Shown in pieces: positions 19,202 through 26,884 of a DNA stretch of 41,791 nt. The first letter of the stretch is position 1, and every line of letters starts with the position of its first letter. Origin of the DNA: a virus (Duplodnaviria > Caudoviricetes); the IMG/VR virus record IMGVR_UViG_3300037420_000858, positions 1 through 41,791 of that record; one strand, written 5' to 3'. The notes below the pieces were generated by a model. The model saw nothing but the letters and a program-made list of their open reading frames with translations, was not told the origin of the DNA and made no database searches. The position numbers and the translations under genes are program-made.

Positions 19202-19566
19202 TTCGCCCTCCGACGCTCATGCCTTACCACAGCCTTGATCCCGCTCTCAACGAGCTGCGCCCCCGTCCTGCGACGCCGATCGCGAATGACCGCCCCAAGG
19301 TTGGCCTCATCCCAACCAGCGAGCTTGAGCTGAAGCGCCGCCTTCGCCGCCATGTCCGTCATCCGGTCGATCGCCATGTCGAGCTGGATCGCGTCGAGCA
19401 TCAGCGTCGGATCGCCCTTGTCGTAGGCCACTTGCTTCTGCTCCCAGTACGTCGGCTTGACGCTCTTCTTGAAAACCCATTCGTCCGTGCCGGGCTTCCG
19501 TCGCCATTCACCACCCTCGACAAGTTCGAGCACGAAGGAATCGGTCCACACGCGGTCATCCCACAT
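19198..19566 (-). CDS. Putative transcriptional activator with a sigma70 region-4-like HTH
   Basis: C-terminal LDMAIDRM...LKLAGWDEANLGAVI...GAQLVESGIKAV resembles a region-4 HTH. Confidence 0.45.
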   Translation of the reverse strand: MWDDRVWTDSFVLELVEGGEWRRKPGTDEWVFKKSVKPTYWEQKQVAYDKGDPTLMLDAIQLDMAIDRMTDMAAKAALQLKLAGWDEANLGAVIRDRRRRTGAQLVESGIKAVVRHERRRAK

Positions 19567-19720
19567 GCCGCGCCTCCACAAATGACCGCGCCTCGCGAAT
19601 CGAATCGAACAGGCCCAGCAGCACGAGGAGGTACGGCACGAACACGAGGCCGCCCTCATTTAGAGGCAGGTCGCGAGGATCGAACTGCATCCCGTCGAAA
19701 CTCGTTGCGACCGTCCTCAT
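19556..19720 (-). CDS. Small protein (54 aa), not in the ORF track
   Basis: MRTVATSFDG...YLLVLLGLFDSIREARSFVEARHVG; overlaps both neighbours in typical phage fashion. Confidence 0.5.
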   Translation of the reverse strand: MRTVATSFDGMQFDPRDLPLNEGGLVFVPYLLVLLGLFDSIREARSFVEARHVG

Positions 19721-19953
19721 CGCCGCACCCGCGCGATCGCCTCGCGGTACTCCCCCAGGAGCGCCTCGGTTGCCGTCACGTCCGCATCGACCTTCTCGAT
19801 CAACGCCGCAAGCTCCGAGTCGACACGATCCACCAGCGCCACCACGCGATCCCGCTCCTCACGCTCGAGCTTCAGCCGCGCCTTCAGGTGGTCACGTTCG
19901 CGCCGCAGGATCTCCACTGGCGGGCGGTACAGATCTTGGTCCAAGCTCGTCAT
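19717..19953 (-). CDS. Coiled-coil hypothetical protein
   Basis: GAGGGG RBS; heptad pattern. Confidence 0.6.
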   Translation of the reverse strand: MTSLDQDLYRPPVEILRRERDHLKARLKLEREERDRVVALVDRVDSELAALIEKVDADVTATEALLGEYREAIARVRR

Positions 19954-19985
19954 CAGCCCCCCCTCGGCTGGTTGTCTTGGACACA

Positions 19986-20019
19986 ACTATAGCCACCGAT
20001 CCCTCACGTACGCGAGCGC
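19986..20019 (-). promoter_or_regulatory. Putative late promoter, copy 1
   Basis: CGCTCGCGTACGTGAGGGA-N6-GC-TATAGT-T; near-identical element at 40170-40203. Confidence 0.55.
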
Positions 20020-20997
20020 GCTCGGGCGGGACTATTCCAGCTAAGAGATCACTGGTAGCTCATAGCTATAGAGCCCATACTTGGTTGATCTCTTAGCAAC
20101 CCCCAGAAAAGAACTAGAGCTAAAGCTCTAGTCAGAAAAGAGGGGTCACGCCGAAGTCAGCCGATGCCGTGCCAGTGGTCAGAGGAACCGCACCGACCAG
20201 GGCTCGCTGCCCAGCCCACCACGCCCTCACCTCACGACACTGGCAGGGCTCACCCCGCCGTACCGTTGCACGGCACATCCACCACGCCGACAGCCCCGAA
20301 ATAGCCATCACTCGCTCAGGGCCATTCCCAGCTCAAAACCGCCCTCCAAGCACATACCCTAGCGGCCCAGCCCTAGCGTGGCCTCTCCGCGGCTCTCAGG
20401 GGCCTCAGAATCGGTATCAGATCGGTAGAGCACACTACCGACCGACCAGACGCCCCCAGGCGCGAATCTCGACAGGCCAGCAATCCCCGAGGCTCCCTAC
20501 GCGTACGCGTGAATGACGCAGCAGCGAAACAGGGGCTCAGAGGGCTCGGTTTGGCGTACAGGCAAAAAATAGCTTGTGCCAATAGCAGTTCATATACACA
20601 CCCCACGCGCGGGGGTAGGGGTGGCCTGGCCCGCGATCGCGTCGTCCTTCCCTGTCATAGCAGGACCAGCCCACGGCACAGCGCGGGATTCGATGCGCTG
20701 GCCTCGCTACGTGGACTTGTAGCGCCCGGCGGGGCGTATCGAGCTGGCACGGCAGGGGATTCTGCGGCGTGGCGGTTTCCTCGGCGCGAGGGTTGGTAGC
20801 GATTCACCACGTCATCCCGCCCATCCCGCATTCACCATCCCGATCCGTGGACGACGGCCCCCGCTATCCACGCTTAGCCAGCTTGGGGTTGATCGTGCCG
20901 CTCGCGGGGCTCGCTTATCCCTTGCGCCAGTGGCGTGTGGGTGCACGGCGCTCGCACTGATTCTACTTGAATCTACGCTCGTATCGGTAATGATCCG

Positions 20998-21025
20998 TTG
21001 CACACTACCGATAGATGGGTAGACT
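20998..21025 (+). promoter_or_regulatory. Early rightward sigma70-type promoter with a CTACCGA box in the spacer
   Basis: TTGCAC-N16-TAGACT upstream of the first plus-strand gene. Confidence 0.6.
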
Positions 21026-21058
21026 GAAGGCAGCAATCACCACCGAAGGGCAACCACC

Positions 21059-21400
21059 ATGATGCATTCCACTCGCGCCCACTCGATCCGCGACGTGAGC
21101 ACCGCCGACGAGCTGGCCGATCTGCTCGCTGACCACGCCTGGACCACCTGCACCGGCTTTCGGCTCGGCGGCTGGCTGTGGCTGAACGATTCAACTAGCG
21201 AGAACGGCGCGCAGGAGTTCGCCGTGGTCCACGAGGGCGAAGGGATGCAGCACGATAGCTGGACCTGCTCGTGGATGACGCGCGATCGCTGCGAGGAGTT
21301 GATTCTTGCCACCGTTGCAAACCCGTCCCCCGAGTGGCACTTCGGCCGCGTGCAAGTGAATCTTGCTGGTCCCGCTCACCGCTGCGGTGCCTGCGCCTAG
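21059..21400 (+). CDS. Early hypothetical protein (113 aa)
   Basis: GAAGGG RBS; first gene after the promoter. Confidence 0.7.
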   Translation: MMHSTRAHSIRDVSTADELADLLADHAWTTCTGFRLGGWLWLNDSTSENGAQEFAVVHEGEGMQHDSWTCSWMTRDRCEELILATVANPSPEWHFGRVQVNLAGPAHRCGACA

Positions 21401-21419
21401 TTGCCATGAACCCAACTAT

Positions 21420-21460
21420 CGCCCGGTATGCGAGAGCAGGGGATCGGATCCCCACGGGCG
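21420..21460 (+). ncRNA. Mini tRNA-like element 1
   Basis: CGCCCG/CGGGCG closing stem, TGC-GAGA-GCA GNRA hairpin, GGGG-ATCGGAT-CCCC T-arm-like hairpin. Confidence 0.45.
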
Positions 21461-21494
21461 GTTTGCCTCAGGGGTTGCAGCCTGAGGTTCTAGA

Positions 21495-21533
21495 CCCGGA
21501 GTGCTCACCGTACCGGGAGCAAGAAACGGTGAG
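21495..21533 (+). ncRNA. H-type pseudoknot
   Basis: S1 CCCGG/CCGGG, S2 CTCACCGT/ACGGTGAG, A-rich loop 3. Confidence 0.5.
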
Positions 21534-21630
21534 TGGAGGCGCGACAGGGGCGGCCCGGTCGTTCGGTTCACGGCCAGTGGCCGGGTCGTCCCGCCTCCAT
21601 ATTACCCAACCACCACGGAGGTTCAACCCC

Positions 21631-21807
21631 ATGTCACCTGCAACCACCACCCTGGCCCGGCTTGACCGCGCTATCGACGACGCAACTCGACACGGCCGGT
21701 ACGAGCTGGCGAACATGCTGCGATGCGAGCGTGCAGACCTGCGACTAATGATGCTGGAGCCTGCGGGTACGGCGCGGCTGCTGGGCGTGATCGGGGGCCG
21801 GTCGTGA
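21631..21807 (+). CDS. Early hypothetical protein (58 aa)
   Basis: GGAGG RBS, ATG at 21631. Confidence 0.65.
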   Translation: MSPATTTLARLDRAIDDATRHGRYELANMLRCERADLRLMMLEPAGTARLLGVIGGRS

Positions 21808-21989
21808 GGCGCATCGAGCAGGGCGAGTTCGTTCGCCACTACCTGACCGGCTTTGAGTACGTCGTGACGGAACTCCTGCCGTGCCGACTTGCGCGGGTGG
21901 CCGACGCTGACAACGAGCGTGTGTATCCAGTCGTGGAGTTGTCGGCGTGCGCGCCGTGGCCAGAGCGTGAGGGTGTGTCCCGTGCCTAG
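21804..21989 (+). CDS. Early hypothetical protein (61 aa)
   Basis: GTGA overlap with the upstream stop. Confidence 0.55.
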   Translation: MRRIEQGEFVRHYLTGFEYVVTELLPCRLARVADADNERVYPVVELSACAPWPEREGVSRA

Positions 21990-22128
21990 CCATATCGAAG
22001 TCCGCCGCCACCCGTGGGCACCCGGCCTCACCTACCGCGTTGTCGGTGGCCGCGAGAACGGGCGGTCGCTCACGATCGCGGAGTATGACCGGCTCGTTGC
22101 GGCTGGCGTGCCAGTGATCCGACGCTAG
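21982..22128 (+). CDS. Early hypothetical protein (48 aa)
   Basis: GAGGG RBS, GTG start, overlaps the previous gene. Confidence 0.5.
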   Translation: MPSHIEVRRHPWAPGLTYRVVGGRENGRSLTIAEYDRLVAAGVPVIRR

Positions 22129-22149
22129 TTGACCCGGACACAACCTACG

Positions 22150-22190
22150 GCCGCGAACGGTTATCCCCCGGTTCGATTCCGGGGCGCGGC
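22150..22190 (+). ncRNA. Mini tRNA-like element 2
   Basis: GCCGCG/CGCGGC stem stacked on CCCCGG-TTCGATT-CCGGGG, a canonical T-loop. Confidence 0.55.
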
Positions 22191-22224
22191 GATGCAAGTG
22201 CAACCACCAACGAGAGGAACCACC

Positions 22225-22482
22225 ATGCAGCACACACCAGGACCGTGGGAGGTCTACGGAGAGCGCAATATTCGCCCCGTCGCCAACTCGGGAAGCGTGT
22301 TCGACGACATCGCGCAGGTAGACCGCGAGCCGCGAGCCGCAAACGCGACCCTCATGGCGGCATCCCCGGATCTTCTCGCTGCCCTAATCGCTGCTCGCCC
22401 GCTGATCGACGTGACGCACCCGCGAGCCGCAGAGGTCCACCGGATCGTCGAGCGAGCCTTGGCCAAGGCCACCGGCAACTAG
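22225..22482 (+). CDS. Phage early protein of the HTPGPW...ANAxLIAAAPDLL type
   Basis: MQHTPGPWEV...ANATLMAASPDLLAAL; GAGAGG RBS. Confidence 0.75.
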   Translation: MQHTPGPWEVYGERNIRPVANSGSVFDDIAQVDREPRAANATLMAASPDLLAALIAARPLIDVTHPRAAEVHRIVERALAKATGN

Positions 22483-22489
22483 CCACCCC

Positions 22490-22533
22490 TCTCCCGCACG
22501 GCGCGAGCTGCCCGATCAAATCGGGCCGGGAGA
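22490..22533 (+). ncRNA. Mini tRNA-like element 3
   Basis: 7-bp TCTCCCG/CGGGAGA stem, CGGC-GCGA-GCTG GNRA hairpin, GCCCG-ATCAAAT-CGGGC 5-bp stem with 7-nt loop. Confidence 0.55.
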
Positions 22534-22566
22534 CTTAGCACCACCCACGGAGTAAGGGAGCGGCAC

Positions 22567-22785
22567 ATGACCGCGAAATGGCGCGTATGGCTGTTAGCCA
22601 ATGAGTACGTGAACGGGCAGATCCCCGCAGACCTGGCCAGCGACGTGTTCGTAGCCGAGTTCGACAAGCGATCCGAAGCACTCGCCTACGTCAAGGGATC
22701 AGGGTACGTGGCGAACGTCGCCGCATGGTCGATGGGCAAGGCGAAGTGGCAGACCTGCTACCGGATCGAGCAGGTGCCCGCATGA
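22567..22785 (+). CDS. Early hypothetical protein (72 aa)
   Basis: AAGGGAG RBS. Confidence 0.7.
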   Translation: MTAKWRVWLLANEYVNGQIPADLASDVFVAEFDKRSEALAYVKGSGYVANVAAWSMGKAKWQTCYRIEQVPA

Positions 22786-22883
22786 TCGTCCCGGATTGGC
22801 TTTACGAGTTGACGTACAACCCGATTGGCTGGTGGGTCGCGACCTGGCTGGCCTTCCGTTTCGTCGCCCGACGCATCGCGTAA
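22782..22883 (+). CDS. Small hydrophobic peptide (33 aa)
   Basis: ATGA overlap; MIVPDWLYELTYNPIGWWVATWLAFRFVARRIA. Confidence 0.5.
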   Translation: MIVPDWLYELTYNPIGWWVATWLAFRFVARRIA

Positions 22884-22893
22884 GTGGCTGACG

Positions 22894-22946
22894 CGCCCCC
22901 CTGCCTGTGCTTCTTGGTGGTTGCCACGGGCGGGGGGCGAATCTTT
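22894..22946 (+). terminator. Long GC hairpin whose loop is antisense to the early-gene leader boxes
   Basis: About 15-bp stem with G-U pairs that favour the + strand; loop CTTCTTGGTGGTTGC; followed by AATCTTT. Confidence 0.55.
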
Positions 22947-23011
22947 GGAATCGAAGGAGTAAGCGAATGGCAGAGAACGCCCATTACAAGCCAACGAATG
23001 AGGTAACGTAA

Positions 23012-23458
23012 ATGCACAAGGAAGCTGGACAGAGCACGGGCGGGGGCATCCTGCTGGGCGGTATCGGCGTGGTCCTGATCTGCGGCGCGCTGTTCGGCTC
23101 GTGCGCTGGCATCAAGTCGTTCACGCGCTACCAGCGAGTCGCTGACAACAAGGTTGAGCGACAGGTCGCACGCGCTAATGCGAAGAACAAGGTGCTGATC
23201 AACGAGACGCGGATCAAGCAGACGCATCAGTTGATCCAGGTCGAGAACCAGAAGGCCGCGATCCGCGTGGCCGAAGCGCAGGGCATCCAGAAGGCGCAGC
23301 GCATCATCAACGCGAGCCTCACGCCGCTGTACCTGCAGCACGAGGCGATCAAGGCGCAGCTCGCAATGGCGAAGGGCGAGAACCACACCGTGGTCTACGT
23401 GCCGTCCGGTGACGTTGGCGTGCCGCTCGTGTCGCAGATCCCCGGAGCAGTCAAGTGA
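23012..23458 (+). CDS. Membrane protein with a band-7/SPFH-like C-terminal coiled coil
   Basis: N-terminal TM helix; IRVAEAQGIQKAQRIINASLTPLYLQHEAI...VVYVPSG. Confidence 0.65.
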   Translation: MHKEAGQSTGGGILLGGIGVVLICGALFGSCAGIKSFTRYQRVADNKVERQVARANAKNKVLINETRIKQTHQLIQVENQKAAIRVAEAQGIQKAQRIINASLTPLYLQHEAIKAQLAMAKGENHTVVYVPSGDVGVPLVSQIPGAVK

Positions 23459-23706
23459 CCGGGGTATCCGACACGCTGCGACAGTCGCCCACGAACATCA
23501 CACGCCGCCCGCGCTCGAAGTGGGATGCGCTGGCACCCCTATTCCGGTGGCTCGGCGGGACAGCGATCCTGTTCGCGTCGGTGCGGGCTGGTGCCCCCGG
23601 CTGGCTGCCGTGGGCCGTGCTCGGCTCGGTCGGCATCTTGAGCGCGTTCATCCCAGATGTGGGCGAGGCCGTGGCCGACGCCATCGAGCGAGGTGAGCAC
23701 CGATGA
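23455..23706 (+). CDS. Two-TM membrane protein
   Basis: Two hydrophobic segments; GTGA overlap. Confidence 0.6.
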   Translation: MTGVSDTLRQSPTNITRRPRSKWDALAPLFRWLGGTAILFASVRAGAPGWLPWAVLGSVGILSAFIPDVGEAVADAIERGEHR

Positions 23707-24359
23707 TCGGAGACTGCGACCACGGCTACCAGCTCGACGAGCGATGCCCGGTGTGCGACCCCGCGCCCCAGGTATCCAACAGCGAGCGAGAAATGAAGCC
23801 TGATCCCACATGCCCGACCGTCGGCCTCTGCATGGGCGACCACGAGTGCCACGGTGGATGCAAGGACACGAAGCCTTATGCCGCCAACGGACGGGACCGT
23901 GGCCACGTCTGGAAGACGTACGAGGGAACCGACGACGTGGACATCTTTGGGTTCAACCCGTACGACCCGCACAACGGGCCGATCTGCGTGCGGTGTGGCT
24001 ACGGCTACTGCCACCATTGCCAGCGAGGTCCCGACGAGGACTGTCCCGGCGAGAGGGTATCCGACAGCGAACCGGATCAGACGACTGATCTCTCAGGAAG
24101 TCTAGGGCCGTCTAAGGCCCAGCCTTATACGACGACGAACATCGCCGTCCGCGACGGGGCGCTACTCACCGAGCGTGCCCACGCCAAACTCGCGCACGCC
24201 GGCAACCTGCCACGACAGCGCGACTACGAACAGGTCGCGGCAGACGAGCGCGCGCGGATCGAGCGGATCATCGAGGCAATGGCGCACGGTCCTGCCGACG
24301 AGACGCACGTGCCGCTACGCAAACTGCTCGCCGCGATTCGAGGGGGCGACGATGCCTGA
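23703..24359 (+). CDS. Cys/His-rich mosaic protein (218 aa)
   Basis: Several CxxC/H clusters; C-terminal module shared with 32464-32676. Confidence 0.6.
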   Translation: MIGDCDHGYQLDERCPVCDPAPQVSNSEREMKPDPTCPTVGLCMGDHECHGGCKDTKPYAANGRDRGHVWKTYEGTDDVDIFGFNPYDPHNGPICVRCGYGYCHHCQRGPDEDCPGERVSDSEPDQTTDLSGSLGPSKAQPYTTTNIAVRDGALLTERAHAKLAHAGNLPRQRDYEQVAADERARIERIIEAMAHGPADETHVPLRKLLAAIRGGDDA

Positions 24360-24786
24360 GTGCATGGCATGCGAGGACAAGCCGAGTGGCGACAACGTGC
24401 CCTGTGCCGTGTGTGGCAACGACAGGAACATGCCAGGCGATCAGGTAACCGGGACGCAACATCCATTGCCGACCATCGACGCGTGCATCGGCAGCGAGGG
24501 AACCATCATCCTCTCGCCGCAGGTGTGGCTCAGGCACCTCAAGGACGGCGAGAGCATCACGTCGCCCGTGCCGATGCCCGACGACCTACTCACCACCGAC
24601 GAGTTCAAGCTCGCGGTCCTCGAACTGCAGCGGCAGCACGGCGACATGGTCCGATACCTGCAGGACTGGGCGACGGACGTCACCGAGCAGCACGAGCACT
24701 CGAATTGGGACGAGGTCCACAGCGACTGCACGGCGTGCGCCTATCAGGCGATGCTCGACCGTTGGGAGGCGAAGCGTGTCGACTGA
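24352..24786 (+). CDS. Hypothetical protein (144 aa)
   Basis: MPECMAC...CAVC; coupled to the previous gene. Confidence 0.6.
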   Translation: MPECMACEDKPSGDNVPCAVCGNDRNMPGDQVTGTQHPLPTIDACIGSEGTIILSPQVWLRHLKDGESITSPVPMPDDLLTTDEFKLAVLELQRQHGDMVRYLQDWATDVTEQHEHSNWDEVHSDCTACAYQAMLDRWEAKRVD

Positions 24787-24988
24787 CCAGCGGCAACAAC
24801 GGTTCGAGCCCCGTTCCGGCGACGAGGCCATCGCATACGAGGCGGGCCGCCGCGAAGAGCGAGAGGCGATCATCACCTACGGCGCGGGATGGATCGAGGG
24901 CTACACCGGCGACGACCTGCCGGAAGTGGCGATGGCGCTCGATGGGTTCCTGACCGACCTGAGGGAGCGGCAGCACGATGTCGACTGA
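24776..24988 (+). CDS. Hypothetical protein
   Basis: GGAGG RBS, GTG start, chained overlap. Confidence 0.6.
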   Translation: MSTDQRQQRFEPRSGDEAIAYEAGRREEREAIITYGAGWIEGYTGDDLPEVAMALDGFLTDLRERQHDVD

Positions 24989-25190
24989 CCACGAAGCAAG
25001 GTTCGAGGACAAAGCGACCGCGTCGCGGCTCGTGTTCGACATCGACGACATCGGCGACCGGATGATGGGCGTGCGCTTCTCGCCGGCCGACACCGAGCGC
25101 ATCAACGACGCCATCCTGCGCCTCTCGCGGGTGGTGGTGAAGTGCGGCCTCTACGCCACGTCGCATGGAGGGCCGAGCGATGCAATCTGA
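24978..25190 (+). CDS. Hypothetical protein
   Basis: GGGAG RBS, chained overlap. Confidence 0.6.
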   Translation: MSTDHEARFEDKATASRLVFDIDDIGDRMMGVRFSPADTERINDAILRLSRVVVKCGLYATSHGGPSDAI

Positions 25191-25503
25191 CGACTGCTTC
25201 ACCGGCACGTGTGGGCGATGCCGCTCGTGCGCCGCGAAGGCGACTGACCGCCAAGACGACTTGCCGCCCGATACGCGCCGGTGTCCGAGCCATGACGGTT
25301 CAACGCTGCACGGCTGCGAGCACTGTCGCGCCGAGGGCGAGAAGGCCGCGACCGAACGCATCGCTGCGCTGCTCGAATCGCCGTGGTGGAAGGCCGTCGA
25401 GGACGAATGGATGCAGTCGAGCGGCACGACGCGCGGAGAGATCGCGGCCGAGTGGTTGCGCGGCAAGGTGCCGCAAGGCGAGTTGGAGCCCAACGATGCG
25501 TGA
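25180..25503 (+). CDS. Cys-rich hypothetical protein
   Basis: GGAGG RBS; CGRCRSC and CEHC. Confidence 0.6.
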   Translation: MQSDDCFTGTCGRCRSCAAKATDRQDDLPPDTRRCPSHDGSTLHGCEHCRAEGEKAATERIAALLESPWWKAVEDEWMQSSGTTRGEIAAEWLRGKVPQGELEPNDA

Positions 25504-25810
25504 TACCACCGGTAGTCCGACCATCCACCCCGAGGGCGACGGCGTGACGATCTGCCCGGGATGCGGCAACGAGGTCCAATACCCCGAATCGTCGTTCCTC
25601 GGCGCGTTCGATGGGAAATCGCGATGGGGCCACAAGGCGTGCGTCGAGGGCATCCCGAACGACGTGCAGCGAACCAGGGCGATCCGTCGCGCGAAGCTCG
25701 ACGCGCTCGTGGCACTCGCGAAGCGGAAGGTGGGCCCGCGTGACTTCGACGACCTGCACACCATCGACGCAGCCGAGGGAGTGATCGAGCGTGTCTTCCG
25801 TGTCGAATAG
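25496..25810 (+). CDS. Zinc-finger hypothetical protein
   Basis: GGAG RBS; CPGC...HKAC. Confidence 0.6.
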   Translation: MRDTTGSPTIHPEGDGVTICPGCGNEVQYPESSFLGAFDGKSRWGHKACVEGIPNDVQRTRAIRRAKLDALVALAKRKVGPRDFDDLHTIDAAEGVIERVFRVE

Positions 25811-26147
25811 CAACGACTGCCTTGCAGCGCCCTGGACGCCCGGCCCGTGGGACTGGATGGACGATGGTGGACTCGACTTTGACGTGCGCCACGACTGCCC
25901 AGACGACGAGTACGACCGCCACGTCGCGACCGTCTCGTGTCAGGAGGTCGGCGTCCGCGAGGCGCTCGCGAACACGGAACTGATCTGCCTTGCGCCGGCG
26001 ATGGCCGAGGCGATCCAGTACGCCGCGACGCAGCACCGCGACGGCAACGCTGTGTGTGTGGCCGAGCACTCGCGTCCCTGTGTCGTGTGTGACACCGCCG
26101 CGAAGCTGCGTGCCCTGTCCCGACCCGCCGAGGAGGCAACCCCGTGA
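25791..26147 (+). CDS. Second TPGPW-type phage protein
   Basis: WTPGPWDW...ANTELICLAPAMAEAI; paralogue of 22225-22482. Confidence 0.65.
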   Translation: MSSVSNSNDCLAAPWTPGPWDWMDDGGLDFDVRHDCPDDEYDRHVATVSCQEVGVREALANTELICLAPAMAEAIQYAATQHRDGNAVCVAEHSRPCVVCDTAAKLRALSRPAEEATP

Positions 26148-26314
26148 GGATCCCGCCCCGACTATCCGACGACCAGGCCCGCAAGGCCATCGCCATCGTC
26201 GAGAAGTGCATGGCCGACCTGCGGGCGATCGGCGCGAACGACCTCGCATGGAAGATCCGCATGCTCCCCGAGTTCATCAAGCTCGACGATCGCGTGAAGG
26301 GGAAGTGGTCGTGA
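26144..26314 (+). CDS. Hypothetical protein (56 aa), not in the ORF track
   Basis: AGGAGG RBS, GTGA overlap; MRIPPRLSDDQARKAIAIVEK... Confidence 0.55.
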   Translation: MRIPPRLSDDQARKAIAIVEKCMADLRAIGANDLAWKIRMLPEFIKLDDRVKGKWS

Positions 26315-26352
26315 CCGGGTTGCCTGACAGCGCATCGCAGAAGCGCAAGTAT

Positions 26353-26577
26353 CTAGTGGCGCGCGTCCATGACCATCGCGATCTCTGCCATCGCCTCCGC
26401 GAGATCGGCATACGACACGCGTAGATGTAGCTGGTGCCACTCGGCCCCGACGATCACATGCTGCGGATCCTGCGGGTCGAACGTGAGGGTCAGCGGATCA
26501 TCCTTGCCGATGTACGGCGTGCTGGGATCGGGATGATGCTGCGGGATGGTGACGGTGGTGAGCGAGATGATGGCCAT
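26353..26577 (-). CDS. Hypothetical protein divergent from the excisionase (74 aa)
   Basis: ATG at 26577; fills an otherwise empty gap. Confidence 0.5.
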   Translation of the reverse strand: MAIISLTTVTIPQHHPDPSTPYIGKDDPLTLTFDPQDPQHVIVGAEWHQLHLRVSYADLAEAMAEIAMVMDARH

Positions 26578-26632
26578 GCGGGAGATCCTACCGGGCTCGC
26601 ATGATGGACTCAGCGACGCTATAGTTGGGGCC

Positions 26633-26884
26633 ATGCCTACCAGACAACAACTCGAGTACGCCGCCTCCCTCATGGATACCCTGCCCGCGATCGCGGATCG
26701 CCTGGGAATCACCGACGAAGCGTTGTTCAAGCTCGAGCGCACGCAGGAGAGCTTCCCTCTGCCGATCGCGGTATGGGGCAGGGCCAGGGTGTACTGGGTT
26801 GAGGAGGTGTTGGAGTTCCATCTGCATGTCGGACGCATCTATGGCCGGGGTAGGACAATCAGCGAGCGGAGGGCAAGTCGATGA
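26633..26884 (+). CDS. Putative excisionase / AlpA-like HTH protein
   Basis: LPAIADRLGITDEALFKL...FPLPIAVWGRARVYWVEEV winged-HTH pattern; next to attP. Confidence 0.7.
   Translation: MPTRQQLEYAASLMDTLPAIADRLGITDEALFKLERTQESFPLPIAVWGRARVYWVEEVLEFHLHVGRIYGRGRTISERRASR

Noticed and set aside
20150-20960. Protein-coding genes in the inter-arm gap
   Set aside because: The ORFs lack convincing RBS, coupling or protein-like composition; treated as regulatory DNA
21484-21510. preQ1-I riboswitch (GAGGTTCTAG)
   Set aside because: No complementary CCTC closing strand and no A-rich tail; GAGG is already paired in the upstream hairpin
22782-22946. Type I toxin-antitoxin pair (33-aa hydrophobic peptide plus hairpin)
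   Set aside because: The peptide is translationally coupled within the operon and the hairpin loop is complementary to other genes' leaders, not to this ORF
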